Below are positions 1 to 7,647 of a DNA stretch of 32,547 bases, piece after piece. Position 1 is the first letter of the stretch. The number at the start of each line of letters is the position of its first letter. The translations under genes were made by a program, and so were the position numbers. Below the pieces are notes generated by a model, which did not search any database, was not told where the DNA came from, and saw nothing but the letters and a program-made list of their open reading frames with translations. Origin of the DNA: Acidimicrobiales bacterium (GTDB lineage Bacteria > Actinomycetota > Acidimicrobiia > Acidimicrobiales > AC-14); NCBI GenBank assembly GCA_035550945.1, contig DASZOE010000514.1, forward strand, positions 1-32,547. Reading direction: 5' to 3'.

Positions 1-1088
1 GCCCGCTCCTGGCCGTCGAGGGGCGGGAGGTGGGCGTGGCGGGCGGGCCAGAGGCCGAAGGCGGCGGCGAAGAGGCGGTGGGCCTCGGCGTCGCCCGGCG
101 CCGCCGCGAACCAGCGGGCCAGGGCCCGATAGTCGTGGGCGACCGACGTCGACCGGCGGCGGCTGTCCCACCGGCGCTCGAGGACCCGAAGGAGCTCGAC
201 GATGGCGGTGCGGGCCACGTCGAGCAGCCCGACGATCAGCGGGGTGGCGACGCCCTCGGGGGCGAACCACGCCCGTAGCGCCCGCCAGCGGCGCTCCCGC
301 TCGGACAGCCACGCCGGACCAGGGTCGCCCTCGGCGACAGGTGCGAGGTTGGCTCCCGCCAGCGCCCGGTCGAGCACCGTCGCGAGGCCGAGGGCCTCGA
401 CCTCCGCGATGGCGGTGGCGAGGCGGCGCTGGGGACGCTCTACGCCCTCGACGTACTCCTCCAGGTAGCTGACGGTGCGGCGCTTGACGTCGGCGAAGAC
501 GGCGTCGTCCGTGGCGTCCTCTCGGAGCAGGCGCTGGAGGTGACCGTTGAACTGCCGGACGCTGGCGACCAGGGCGGCCAGGTGGCGCTCGACCTGGGCC
601 AGCTGGATGTGGATGCGGGCGTCGGCGGCGGCGGTGCGGGCACCGGAGGCCAGAGCGCAGAGGTCGACCAGTCCGTCGCCGATGGCGTCGAGCACCGCGG
701 TCTGCAGCCCGACGGTGTGGCTGAGCGACTCGAGCGTGTGCAGCACGCCGCTCACGGCCGCCTCCCCCCTCGGCGTGAGCGACCATTGGAGGTTCTTGCG
801 CTCGAACTCCTCGGGCGTGGCGTAGCGGGCGGCGTGGACCTGGGTGGCCTCCAGGAGGCCCCAGCCGGTGAGGGAGGCGAGGGCCCGGTCGAGCGTGTCG
901 TCGTCGACGGGCTCGTCCCACCCGGCGCCGGCCAGGGCGCTGTGCAACTGGTCGAGGTTGAGGGCGGGTGCCAGGACGGCGGACCGCTCGAAGGCGGCCA
1001 TGACGGCCAGGTGCAGCTGGCGCAGCTCGGTGGTGGTGAACCGGAACAGATCGCCGTCGACCTCTCGCCAGGCACGGTGTCCCCCCAT
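1..1088 (-). CDS. Partial CDS (first ~362 codons; continues off the left edge): DUF2397/TIGR02677-type protein, i.e. JetA/MksF-like kleisin subunit of a Wadjet/MksBEFG-type SMC system
   Basis: Not in the supplied ORF track because no stop lies in the window. My reverse-strand translation from ATG at 1088 reads MGGHRAWREVDGDLFRFTTTELRQLHLAVMAAFERS..LTGWGLLEATQ..LQWSLTPRGEAAVSGV..LQTAVLDAIGDGL..VKRRTVSYLEEYVEGV..RWRALRAWFAP..ARTAIVELLRVLERRWDSRRRSTSVAHDYRALARWFAAAPGDAEAHRLFAAAFGLWPARH. It stays open to position 3 with G/C-rich third codon positions. The motif order matches my memory of DUF2397, not a search. TACTGT (TANNNT -10-like) ends 7 nt before the ATG, which is compatible with a leaderless mRNA. 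Confidence 0.55.
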   Translation of the reverse strand, partial: MGGHRAWREVDGDLFRFTTTELRQLHLAVMAAFERSAVLAPALNLDQLHSALAGAGWDEPVDDDTLDRALASLTGWGLLEATQVHAARYATPEEFERKNLQWSLTPRGEAAVSGVLHTLESLSHTVGLQTAVLDAIGDGLVDLCALASGARTAAADARIHIQLAQVERHLAALVASVRQFNGHLQRLLREDATDDAVFADVKRRTVSYLEEYVEGVERPQRRLATAIAEVEALGLATVLDRALAGANLAPVAEGDPGPAWLSERERRWRALRAWFAPEGVATPLIVGLLDVARTAIVELLRVLERRWDSRRRSTSVAHDYRALARWFAAAPGDAEAHRLFAAAFGLWPARHAHLPPLDGQER

Positions 1089-1116
1089 GGGGGAGACAGT
1101 ACGCACCGGCTGTGAC

Positions 1117-1134
1117 AGTTACAATGCTGTAACT
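1117..1134. promoter_or_regulatory. Inverted repeat AGTTACA-ATGC-TGTAACT in the divergent intergenic region between the jetA-like gene and the TA module; candidate operator
   Basis: Perfect 7-bp arms with a 4-bp spacer, read directly. It lies in an AT-richer stretch that also contains TACAAT (1120-1125, -10-like on the + strand). Confidence 0.3.
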
Positions 1135-1301
1135 ACATCGGGCCTCCGGATCGCCCGGGAGCTACCAGATCGGGGCGTCGACGAGGTCGTCGGTACCAGA
1201 CCGCGGCCGAGTGCTTGCACGGGTCGGCCCAGTCGGGGGACGAGCAACGGGGCGGCAGGTCAGCTTCGGCGCTGGTCGCTCGTGCCCGACCCCCTCCCTT
1301 T

Positions 1302-1332
1302 GCGTACATTACGCCCTTCGTTACTTGTACGC
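1302..1332. promoter_or_regulatory. Inverted repeat GCGTACA-N17-TGTACGC just upstream of the antitoxin start; candidate autoregulatory operator of the TA operon
   Basis: Perfect 7-bp arms at 1302-1308 and 1326-1332, 8 nt before the ATG at 1340. Phd/YefM antitoxins typically autorepress through palindromes over their promoter (established knowledge). Confidence 0.35.
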
Positions 1333-1339
1333 TAAAAGT

Positions 1340-1603
1340 ATGGACGTTGCCGTGAGCGAATTCCGCGCCAACCTCAGGGATTGGCTGAAGCGTGTGCGAG
1401 AGGGTGACGAGGTCGTCGTCACCGAGCGCGGTGTTCCGGTTGCACGCCTCATCGGAATCGAGACGGGCCCGTTGCTCGATCGGTTGACCGCTCAGGGCGT
1501 GATCGGTCGACCGAGCAGTCGCCAGAGACCTGCGGCGGCGGGTCGACGTCGACCGCGTCCTCGGCGACCGATCGCTCCGGTCGTCGGCGAGCAACGTCGC
1601 TGA
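1340..1603 (+). CDS. Type II antitoxin, Phd/YefM family (VapB-like partner of the downstream PIN toxin)
   Basis: Internal ATG at 1340 of ORF 1211..1603 gives MDVAVSEFRANLRDWLKRVREGDEVVVTERGVPVARLI..., the typical Phd/YefM N-terminus. The C-terminus ends ..VVGEQRR, as in mycobacterial VapB tails. The stop at 1601-1603 abuts the toxin GTG at 1604. Confidence 0.85.
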   Translation: MDVAVSEFRANLRDWLKRVREGDEVVVTERGVPVARLIGIETGPLLDRLTAQGVIGRPSSRQRPAAAGRRRPRPRRPIAPVVGEQRR

Positions 1604-2041
1604 GTGCCTGTCGTCTACTTCGATGCCAGTGCATTCGTGAAGCTGCTCGTCGACGAGCCTGGATCGGAACTGGCCGTCAGCCTCTGGGACGGATGTGACG
1701 CTGCCGCGTCCAGCAGACTCGCATACCCCGAGGTTCGTGCGGCTCTCGCAGCCGCCCACCGGGACCACGACCTCGACCGCGATGGCTTGGAACAGGCCGA
1801 ACAGAGTTGGGAGGAGTTCTGGCGTGCGACGCGGCCGGTCGAGTTGACGCCGGCCGTCGAGCGTCACGCCGGTGAGCTCGCCGCCCGGTATGCGCTGAGG
1901 GGCGCTGATGCCGTGCATCTCGCCTCTGCTCTGGCCATCTCCGACCCGGGGCTCATCGTTGCGGTTTGGGATCGACGCCTTCGTGCCGGCGCTTTGGCCG
2001 TTCGTCTGGGCGTGGCTCCCCTCACGGTGGAGCCGGCGTGA
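1604..2041 (+). CDS. vapC: PIN-domain ribonuclease toxin VapC
   Basis: 145 aa. VVYFDASAF (N-terminal Asp), YPEVRAAL (Glu), GADAVHLASAL (Asp) and VWDRRL (Asp) give the PIN acidic quartet in the expected order. Tightly coupled to the antitoxin. Confidence 0.85.
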   Translation: MPVVYFDASAFVKLLVDEPGSELAVSLWDGCDAAASSRLAYPEVRAALAAAHRDHDLDRDGLEQAEQSWEEFWRATRPVELTPAVERHAGELAARYALRGADAVHLASALAISDPGLIVAVWDRRLRAGALAVRLGVAPLTVEPA

Positions 2042-2225
2042 TCACCCGCCCATCAGCGGGGCCGGGCACCAGACGACGAACCTGCGGCGCGCCCTCATCC
2101 TCCTCGCGGCAGGGGAGACTGACAGGACAACGGCTGCGGGCACACGCCTCCCCGCCGGGCGGTGGCGCTCAAGTGCCTCGGATCACCGGTGAGCGGGCGC
2201 TGCCCCCACGAGCGGGGACTACGTC

Positions 2226-3494
2226 TTGAGGCGTAGGCGGGAAGTACGCGCCTCGGCGGATGCGATCCCGGGCAGCGGGACGTACGGTCATCGCGTGGCT
2301 GTGCCGCACCGCCGCGCCCTGGCGTTGGACGTCGCCCTGGCGGTGGCCGCCACCGCCGCCATCCTCGCCATCACGCCGAACATCGCCCCGACCGGCGAGG
2401 AGCGGGAGCTCGACCCCCTCGCCTACGCCACGATGGCCGTGGCCGGCGCCTCGCTGGCCCTGCGGCGGCGCTTCCCGCGCGCCGTGCTCGCGGTCATCAC
2501 CGTCGCCCTCGTGATCTACACCCGCCGGGCCTACCCGGGCGGCCCCGTCTACCTGACCATGGTGGCGCCCCTCTACACGCTGGCCGCCCAGGCGAAGGCC
2601 CGGCGGGAGGCGCTCGTGCCCGCCGCCGTCGCGGTGGCGGTGACGATCGTGGGGGGGACGGTGGCCCTTCCCCAGGACATCGAGTGGACCTGGCACGCGG
2701 CGGTGTTCCCGGGCTGGGCGGCGGCCGCCCTGTTCCTCGGGGAGGCCGCCGGCAGCCGCCGGGCGTACCTGGCCGGACTCGAAGAGCGGGCCCGCTACCT
2801 GGAGGAGACCCGGGAGGAGGAGGCCCGCCGGCGGGTGGCCGAGGAGCGGCTGCGCATCGCCCGCGACCTCCACGACATGATCGCCCACAGCATCGCGACC
2901 ATCAACCTGCAGTCGGGCGTGGCCGCCCATGTGCTCGAGCGCCGGCCCGACCAGGCCGGCGAGGCGCTCGAGGCGATCCGGCGCACGAGCGGCGCCGCCC
3001 TCCAGGAGCTGCGGGCGACGCTCGACCTGCTCCGCTCGCCCGGCGAGCCCGGTGACGCGGGAGCTCCCCGCACTCCCACTCCGGCGCTGGCCCGCGTCGA
3101 GGACCTGGCTGCCACCGCCGCCGAAGCCGGACTGCCCGTGCACGTGGAGCGAGACGGCACCCCCACCGAGCTGCCCGCCACCGTAGACGTGGCCGGCTAC
3201 CGCATCGTGCAGGAGTCCATCACCAACGTGATGCGCCACGCCGGGGCCACGCAGGCCCGGGTCGTCATCCGCCGCACCGACGACGCCGTCGACATCGAGG
3301 TCACCGACGATGGGCGGGGCGCGGCGGCGGGGCCGGCGGGCAACGGCGAGGGCCACGGCATCGCCGGCATGCGGGAGCGGGCCGCGCTCGTGGGCGGCAC
3401 CCTCGAGGCCGGACCGAAACCCGGCGGCGGCTACCGGGTGCGGGCCCACCTCCCGGTCGGGAGCGCCGCCGCCGGGGACGGGGCGCAGACGTGA
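2226..3494 (+). CDS. Sensor histidine kinase, HisKA_3/NarL-partner class (membrane-embedded sensing region, 4-5 TM)
   Basis: H-box RIARDLHDMIAHSIATINLQ and ATPase motifs GYRIVQESITNVMRHA, DDGRG, GHGIAGMRERA. The start is uncertain; an in-frame GTG about 70 nt downstream is also possible. Confidence 0.85.
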   Translation: MRRRREVRASADAIPGSGTYGHRVAVPHRRALALDVALAVAATAAILAITPNIAPTGEERELDPLAYATMAVAGASLALRRRFPRAVLAVITVALVIYTRRAYPGGPVYLTMVAPLYTLAAQAKARREALVPAAVAVAVTIVGGTVALPQDIEWTWHAAVFPGWAAAALFLGEAAGSRRAYLAGLEERARYLEETREEEARRRVAEERLRIARDLHDMIAHSIATINLQSGVAAHVLERRPDQAGEALEAIRRTSGAALQELRATLDLLRSPGEPGDAGAPRTPTPALARVEDLAATAAEAGLPVHVERDGTPTELPATVDVAGYRIVQESITNVMRHAGATQARVVIRRTDDAVDIEVTDDGRGAAAGPAGNGEGHGIAGMRERAALVGGTLEAGPKPGGGYRVRAHLPVGSAAAGDGAQT

Positions 3495-4177
3495 TCCGGG
3501 TGGTGCTGGTCGATGACCAGCAGCTGATCCGGGCCGGGCTGCGGATGCTGCTCGAGGCCGAGGACGACATCGAGATCGTGGGCGAGGCCACCGACGGCGA
3601 AGAGGGCGTGGCCGTGGTGCGGGACACCCGGCCCGATGTGGTGGTCATGGACATCCGCATGCCCGGCGTCGATGGGCTGGAGGCGACCCGGCGGATCGTG
3701 GACGACGACGATCTGGGCGGCGTCCGCATCCTGGTCCTCACCACCTTCGAGCTCGACGAGTACGTGTTCGAGTCGCTGCGCCTCGGCGCCAGCGGCTTCA
3801 TCGCCAAGGACGCCGCACCCGTCGAGCTGTTGCGCGCCCTCCGGGTCGTCGCCGACGGCGGGTCGCTGCTCTCACCGGTGGCCACCCGGGCGCTGGTCGA
3901 CGAGTTCACGGGCCGGCCCGCCAACCGCCGGGTGGACACCAGCGCCCTCGGCGAGCTGACCGACCGTGAGCGGGAGGTCGTGGCCCTCGTCGCCGGAGGG
4001 CTCAGCAACGAGGAGATCGCCGGAGAGCTGTTCATCAGCGCGGCCACGGCCCGCACCCACGTGAGCCGGGCCATGATGAAGCTCCACGCCCGCGACCGGG
4101 CCCAGCTGGTGGTCGTGGCCTACGAGTCGGGGCTGGTGGCGCCGGGCAGCAACTCCGGCCGCAGCGCCCGACCCTGA
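3491..4177 (+). CDS. Response regulator, NarL/LuxR family (REC + LuxR HTH)
   Basis: IRVVLVDDQ, VVVMDIRMPGVDG (phospho-acceptor Asp) and LTDREREVVALVAGGLSNEEIAGELFISAATARTHVS. The GTG at 3491 overlaps the kinase stop (GTGA). Confidence 0.9.
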   Translation: MIRVVLVDDQQLIRAGLRMLLEAEDDIEIVGEATDGEEGVAVVRDTRPDVVVMDIRMPGVDGLEATRRIVDDDDLGGVRILVLTTFELDEYVFESLRLGASGFIAKDAAPVELLRALRVVADGGSLLSPVATRALVDEFTGRPANRRVDTSALGELTDREREVVALVAGGLSNEEIAGELFISAATARTHVSRAMMKLHARDRAQLVVVAYESGLVAPGSNSGRSARP

Positions 4178-4264
4178 CGCGGCCCCGCCTACGCCGCCTG
4201 TCGTACGCGGAATTGCCGTCGCTCGCCCGACGACGCGACGCCCGCAACACCCGACGATGGGGCC

Positions 4265-5008
4265 ATGACGATCACCACTGCCACCACCGCACGCGCCGGG
4301 GCCGTCGGAGCCACCAAGGTCTACGGCCGAGGCGACGCCGCCGTCCGTGCTCTCGACGGGGTGACCGTCGATGTCCCCGCCGGGCGCTTCACCGCCATCA
4401 TGGGCCCCTCGGGGTCGGGCAAGTCAACGCTGCTGCACTGCCTGGCCGGGCTCGACACCCTCACGTCGGGGACCGTCCACCTCGGCGGCAATGATCTCGG
4501 CACGCTCTCGGACCGGGAGCTGACCGTGCTGCGCCGCCGCCGGGTGGGGTTCGTGTTCCAGGCGGTCAACCTGCTGCCCACGCTGACCGCCGAGGAGAAC
4601 GTCGTGCTCCCGCTCGCCCTCGACGGCGCCGCCGTCGACCCCGTGTGGTTCGAGGAGGTGGTGGCCGCCGTCGGCCTCGCCGACCGGCTCGACCACCGGC
4701 CCTCCGAGCTGTCGGGGGGCCAGCAGCAGCGGGTCGCCATCGCCCGCGCCCTCATCACCCGGCCCGCCGTCGTCTTCGCCGACGAGCCCACCGGCAACCT
4801 CGACTCGGCGGCCGGCGGCCAGCTGCTGGCGTTCCTCCAGCAGGCCGTCACCGAGCTCGGGCAGACGGTGGTCATGGTCACGCACGACCCGGTCGCCGCC
4901 AGCTTCGCCGACCGCGTCGTCTTCCTCGCCGACGGGCGCATCGTCGGCGAGCTCGACGGCCCGACGCCCGAGCGGGTGCTCGACGAGCTGAAGCGGATCG
5001 GGGGGTGA
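4265..5008 (+). CDS. ABC transporter ATP-binding protein (MacB/LolD/FtsE-like)
   Basis: Walker A GPSGSGKST, signature LSGGQQQRVAIARAL, Walker B VVFADEPTGNLD, H-loop VTHD. Confidence 0.9.
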   Translation: MTITTATTARAGAVGATKVYGRGDAAVRALDGVTVDVPAGRFTAIMGPSGSGKSTLLHCLAGLDTLTSGTVHLGGNDLGTLSDRELTVLRRRRVGFVFQAVNLLPTLTAEENVVLPLALDGAAVDPVWFEEVVAAVGLADRLDHRPSELSGGQQQRVAIARALITRPAVVFADEPTGNLDSAAGGQLLAFLQQAVTELGQTVVMVTHDPVAASFADRVVFLADGRIVGELDGPTPERVLDELKRIGG

Positions 5009-5013
5009 CCGCC

Positions 5014-7518
5014 ATGCGGACCGTCCTCCGCGCCGCGATGCGGGGCCGCCTCGGCCGCCTGGCCAGCATCGGCCTCGCCGTCGGCCTCGGCGTCGCCTTC
5101 CTGACCGGCACACTCGCCCTCGGCGACACGCTGCGGGCCAACTTCGACGACCTGTTCACCCAGGCCTACGGGCGCACCGACGTCGTCGTGCGCAGCGCCA
5201 CCACCCTCGACACCGACGTGGAGGCGGCCCAGGGCCTGGTGCCCGTCTCCCTCGCCGAGCAGCTGCGGGCGCTCGACGGGGTCCGCATCGTGGAGCCCCA
5301 GATCGAGGGCTTCGGCCAGCTCACCGGGGCCGACGGCGAGAAGCTCGGCGGGCAGGGGCCGCCGACGCTCGCCGGCAGCTGGGTCGACGACCCCGAGCTG
5401 AGCCCGTGGAGGCTGGTCGAGGGCCGCGCCCCGGAGGGGTCCGAGGAGGTCGTGATCAACCGGGGCGCGGCCGAGGACGGCAGCCTCGACGTGGGCGACG
5501 TCACCACCGTGGCCACGCCCGAGCCGGTGACCGTCACCGTCGTGGGCATCGCCACCTTCGGCACCGCCGACGGGATCGGCCCCACGACGTGGACCGCCTT
5601 CACGTTCGCGGGCGCCGAGCGCCACGTGACCGGCCGGCCCGGTCAGGCCAGCAGCCTGCTGGTGGCGGGCGACGACGGGGTGGACGCCGCCGCCCTGCGC
5701 GCCGAGATCGCCGCCCGGCTGCCCGCCGGCGTCGAGGCCGTCACCGGCGGGGAGCTGGTGGCCGACGCCAACCAGACGATCAACGAGGACTTCCTCGGGT
5801 TCCTGCGGGGCTTCCTCACCGCCTTCGCGGCGGTGGCCCTGCTGGTGGCGACGTTCAGCATCCACAACACCTTCGCCATCGTCGTGGCCCAGCGCACCCG
5901 GGAGACCGCGCTCCTGCGGGCGGTGGGCGCCAGCCGGCGCCAGGTCCTCGGCTCGGTGCTGGCCGAGGGGGCTCTCGTCGGTGTGGCCGCGTCGGCCGCC
6001 GGCGTCCTCGCCGGAATCGGGCTGGCCGGCCTCCTCAAGGGGCTGTTCGACGCCTTCGGCTTCGCCCTGCCCGCCGGTGGCCTGACCCTGGGGCGGGCCC
6101 TCCTGCTGGCGCCGGTGGTCGGCGTGGGCGTGACGCTCGTCGCCGGGCTGACCCCCGCCCTGCGGGCCTCACGGGTGGCGCCCCTCGAGGCCATGCGGGC
6201 GGCGGCGACCGACGGCGGTCGCGCCTCGCGCGCCCGCCTCGCCGCCGGCGCGGTGCTGGCCGCCGGGGGCGTCGCCCTGGCCGTCACCGGCGCCGGCTCG
6301 CACTCGCTGGCGCTGGCCGGCCTGGGCGCCCTGGCGCTCACCGTGGGCACGGTCGTGCTCGGCCCCGGCGCCGTCCCCCCCGTCGCCGGCGCCCTGGGCC
6401 GGGCGCTGGGCCGCCTGCGGGGCGTGACCGGCGCCCTGGCGGCCCGCAACACGGTACGGTCCCCCCGCCGCACCGCGGGGACGGCCTCGGCGCTGCTCGT
6501 CGGTGTCGGCGTCGTCACCATCTTCACCGTCGTGGCCGGATCGCTGCGGGCGTCGATCGACGACCGGGTCGGCGAAGTGGTATCCGCCGACCTGCTCATC
6601 AGCGGCAGCGGCTTCGGCGGCGGCGGCCTCAGCCCCGGCCTGGCTGCGGCCGTGGACCGGGTGCCCCAGGTCGACGCCGCGGTGGGCGTCGCCACCGGGC
6701 CGGTGTCGATCGAGGGGCGCACGAGCCAGGCGAGCGTCGCCGACCCGGCCGACCTCGCCGCCCACGTGACCGTCGACGTGGGCGACAGGTTCGCGGTGAG
6801 CGACACGGTGGCCGACGACCGGGGTTGGGCCGTCGGCCAGACGGTCGCCGTGACGTTCCCCGACGGCGCCACCGAGACGCTCACCATCGGCGCCGTCTAC
6901 GAGCCGGCCGACCCCATCGTCAACGGCTACCTCGTGCCCCGGCAGGTGTGGGACCGCCACTCGGTGCAGACCGTCGACAACCAGGTGCTGATCCGCCTGG
7001 CCGACGGGGTGTCGGTGGAGGACGGACAGCGGGCGGTGGAGGCTGCGGCCGCCGCCTTCGCCCCGCCCGACGTACAGACCCGGGCCGAGTTCGTGGAGGA
7101 CGTGACCGCGAACGTGAACGCCATGCTCGGCCTCGTCTACGCCCTGCTCGCCCTGGCCATCGTGATCGCCCTCATGGGCATCGCCAACACCCTGTCGCTG
7201 TCGATCCACGAGCGGGTGCGGGAGCTCGGGCTGCTGCGGGCCGTGGGCCAGACCCGGCGCCAGCTGCGGTCGATGGTGCGGTGGGAGTCGGTGGTGATCG
7301 CCGTGCTCGGCACCGCCGGCGGCGTCGCCCTCGGGCTGTTCCTGGGCTGGGCCCTGATCGGCGCCGCCTCGGCGTCGGGGACGGTGCGGTTCGCGGCGCC
7401 GGTGGGCCTGCTCGTGCCCGTGGCCGTGGTCGGGGCGCTGGCCGGCGTGCTCGCCGCCGTCCGCCCCGCTCGCCGGGCAGCCCGCCTCCAGGTGCTCGAC
7501 GCCGTGGCCGCGACCTGA
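5014..7518 (+). CDS. ABC transporter permease with two FtsX/MacB-type domains and large extracytoplasmic regions
   Basis: In-frame ATG at 5014, 6 nt after the ATPase stop, gives MRTVLRAAMRGRLGRLASIGLAVGLGVAFLTG. Two FtsX signatures are present: ..AQRTRETALLRAVGASRRQV.. and ..IHERVRELGLLRAVGQTRRQL... The 4645 start in the track is a read-through extension overlapping the ATPase gene. Confidence 0.85.
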   Translation: MRTVLRAAMRGRLGRLASIGLAVGLGVAFLTGTLALGDTLRANFDDLFTQAYGRTDVVVRSATTLDTDVEAAQGLVPVSLAEQLRALDGVRIVEPQIEGFGQLTGADGEKLGGQGPPTLAGSWVDDPELSPWRLVEGRAPEGSEEVVINRGAAEDGSLDVGDVTTVATPEPVTVTVVGIATFGTADGIGPTTWTAFTFAGAERHVTGRPGQASSLLVAGDDGVDAAALRAEIAARLPAGVEAVTGGELVADANQTINEDFLGFLRGFLTAFAAVALLVATFSIHNTFAIVVAQRTRETALLRAVGASRRQVLGSVLAEGALVGVAASAAGVLAGIGLAGLLKGLFDAFGFALPAGGLTLGRALLLAPVVGVGVTLVAGLTPALRASRVAPLEAMRAAATDGGRASRARLAAGAVLAAGGVALAVTGAGSHSLALAGLGALALTVGTVVLGPGAVPPVAGALGRALGRLRGVTGALAARNTVRSPRRTAGTASALLVGVGVVTIFTVVAGSLRASIDDRVGEVVSADLLISGSGFGGGGLSPGLAAAVDRVPQVDAAVGVATGPVSIEGRTSQASVADPADLAAHVTVDVGDRFAVSDTVADDRGWAVGQTVAVTFPDGATETLTIGAVYEPADPIVNGYLVPRQVWDRHSVQTVDNQVLIRLADGVSVEDGQRAVEAAAAAFAPPDVQTRAEFVEDVTANVNAMLGLVYALLALAIVIALMGIANTLSLSIHERVRELGLLRAVGQTRRQLRSMVRWESVVIAVLGTAGGVALGLFLGWALIGAASASGTVRFAAPVGLLVPVAVVGALAGVLAAVRPARRAARLQVLDAVAAT

Positions 7519-7647
7519 GCGCCTCCGGGCGACTTGCGATTGCGGACCGGTCACCGCCGCAGCTGGTGCCGCAGGAGGCCGGTCCCGAGGCCACTTCCCG
7601 ACAGGACGAGCCGAGCCTGCTTCGGTAACCAATCGCTGACCGCCCGT

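Noticed and set aside
7519-7647. Possible bidirectional terminator between the convergent permease and GMC oxidoreductase genes (GACCGG...CCGGTC).
   Set aside because: Only a 6-bp stem with a ~28-nt loop is present, with no U-tract on either strand. That is not convincing as an intrinsic terminator.
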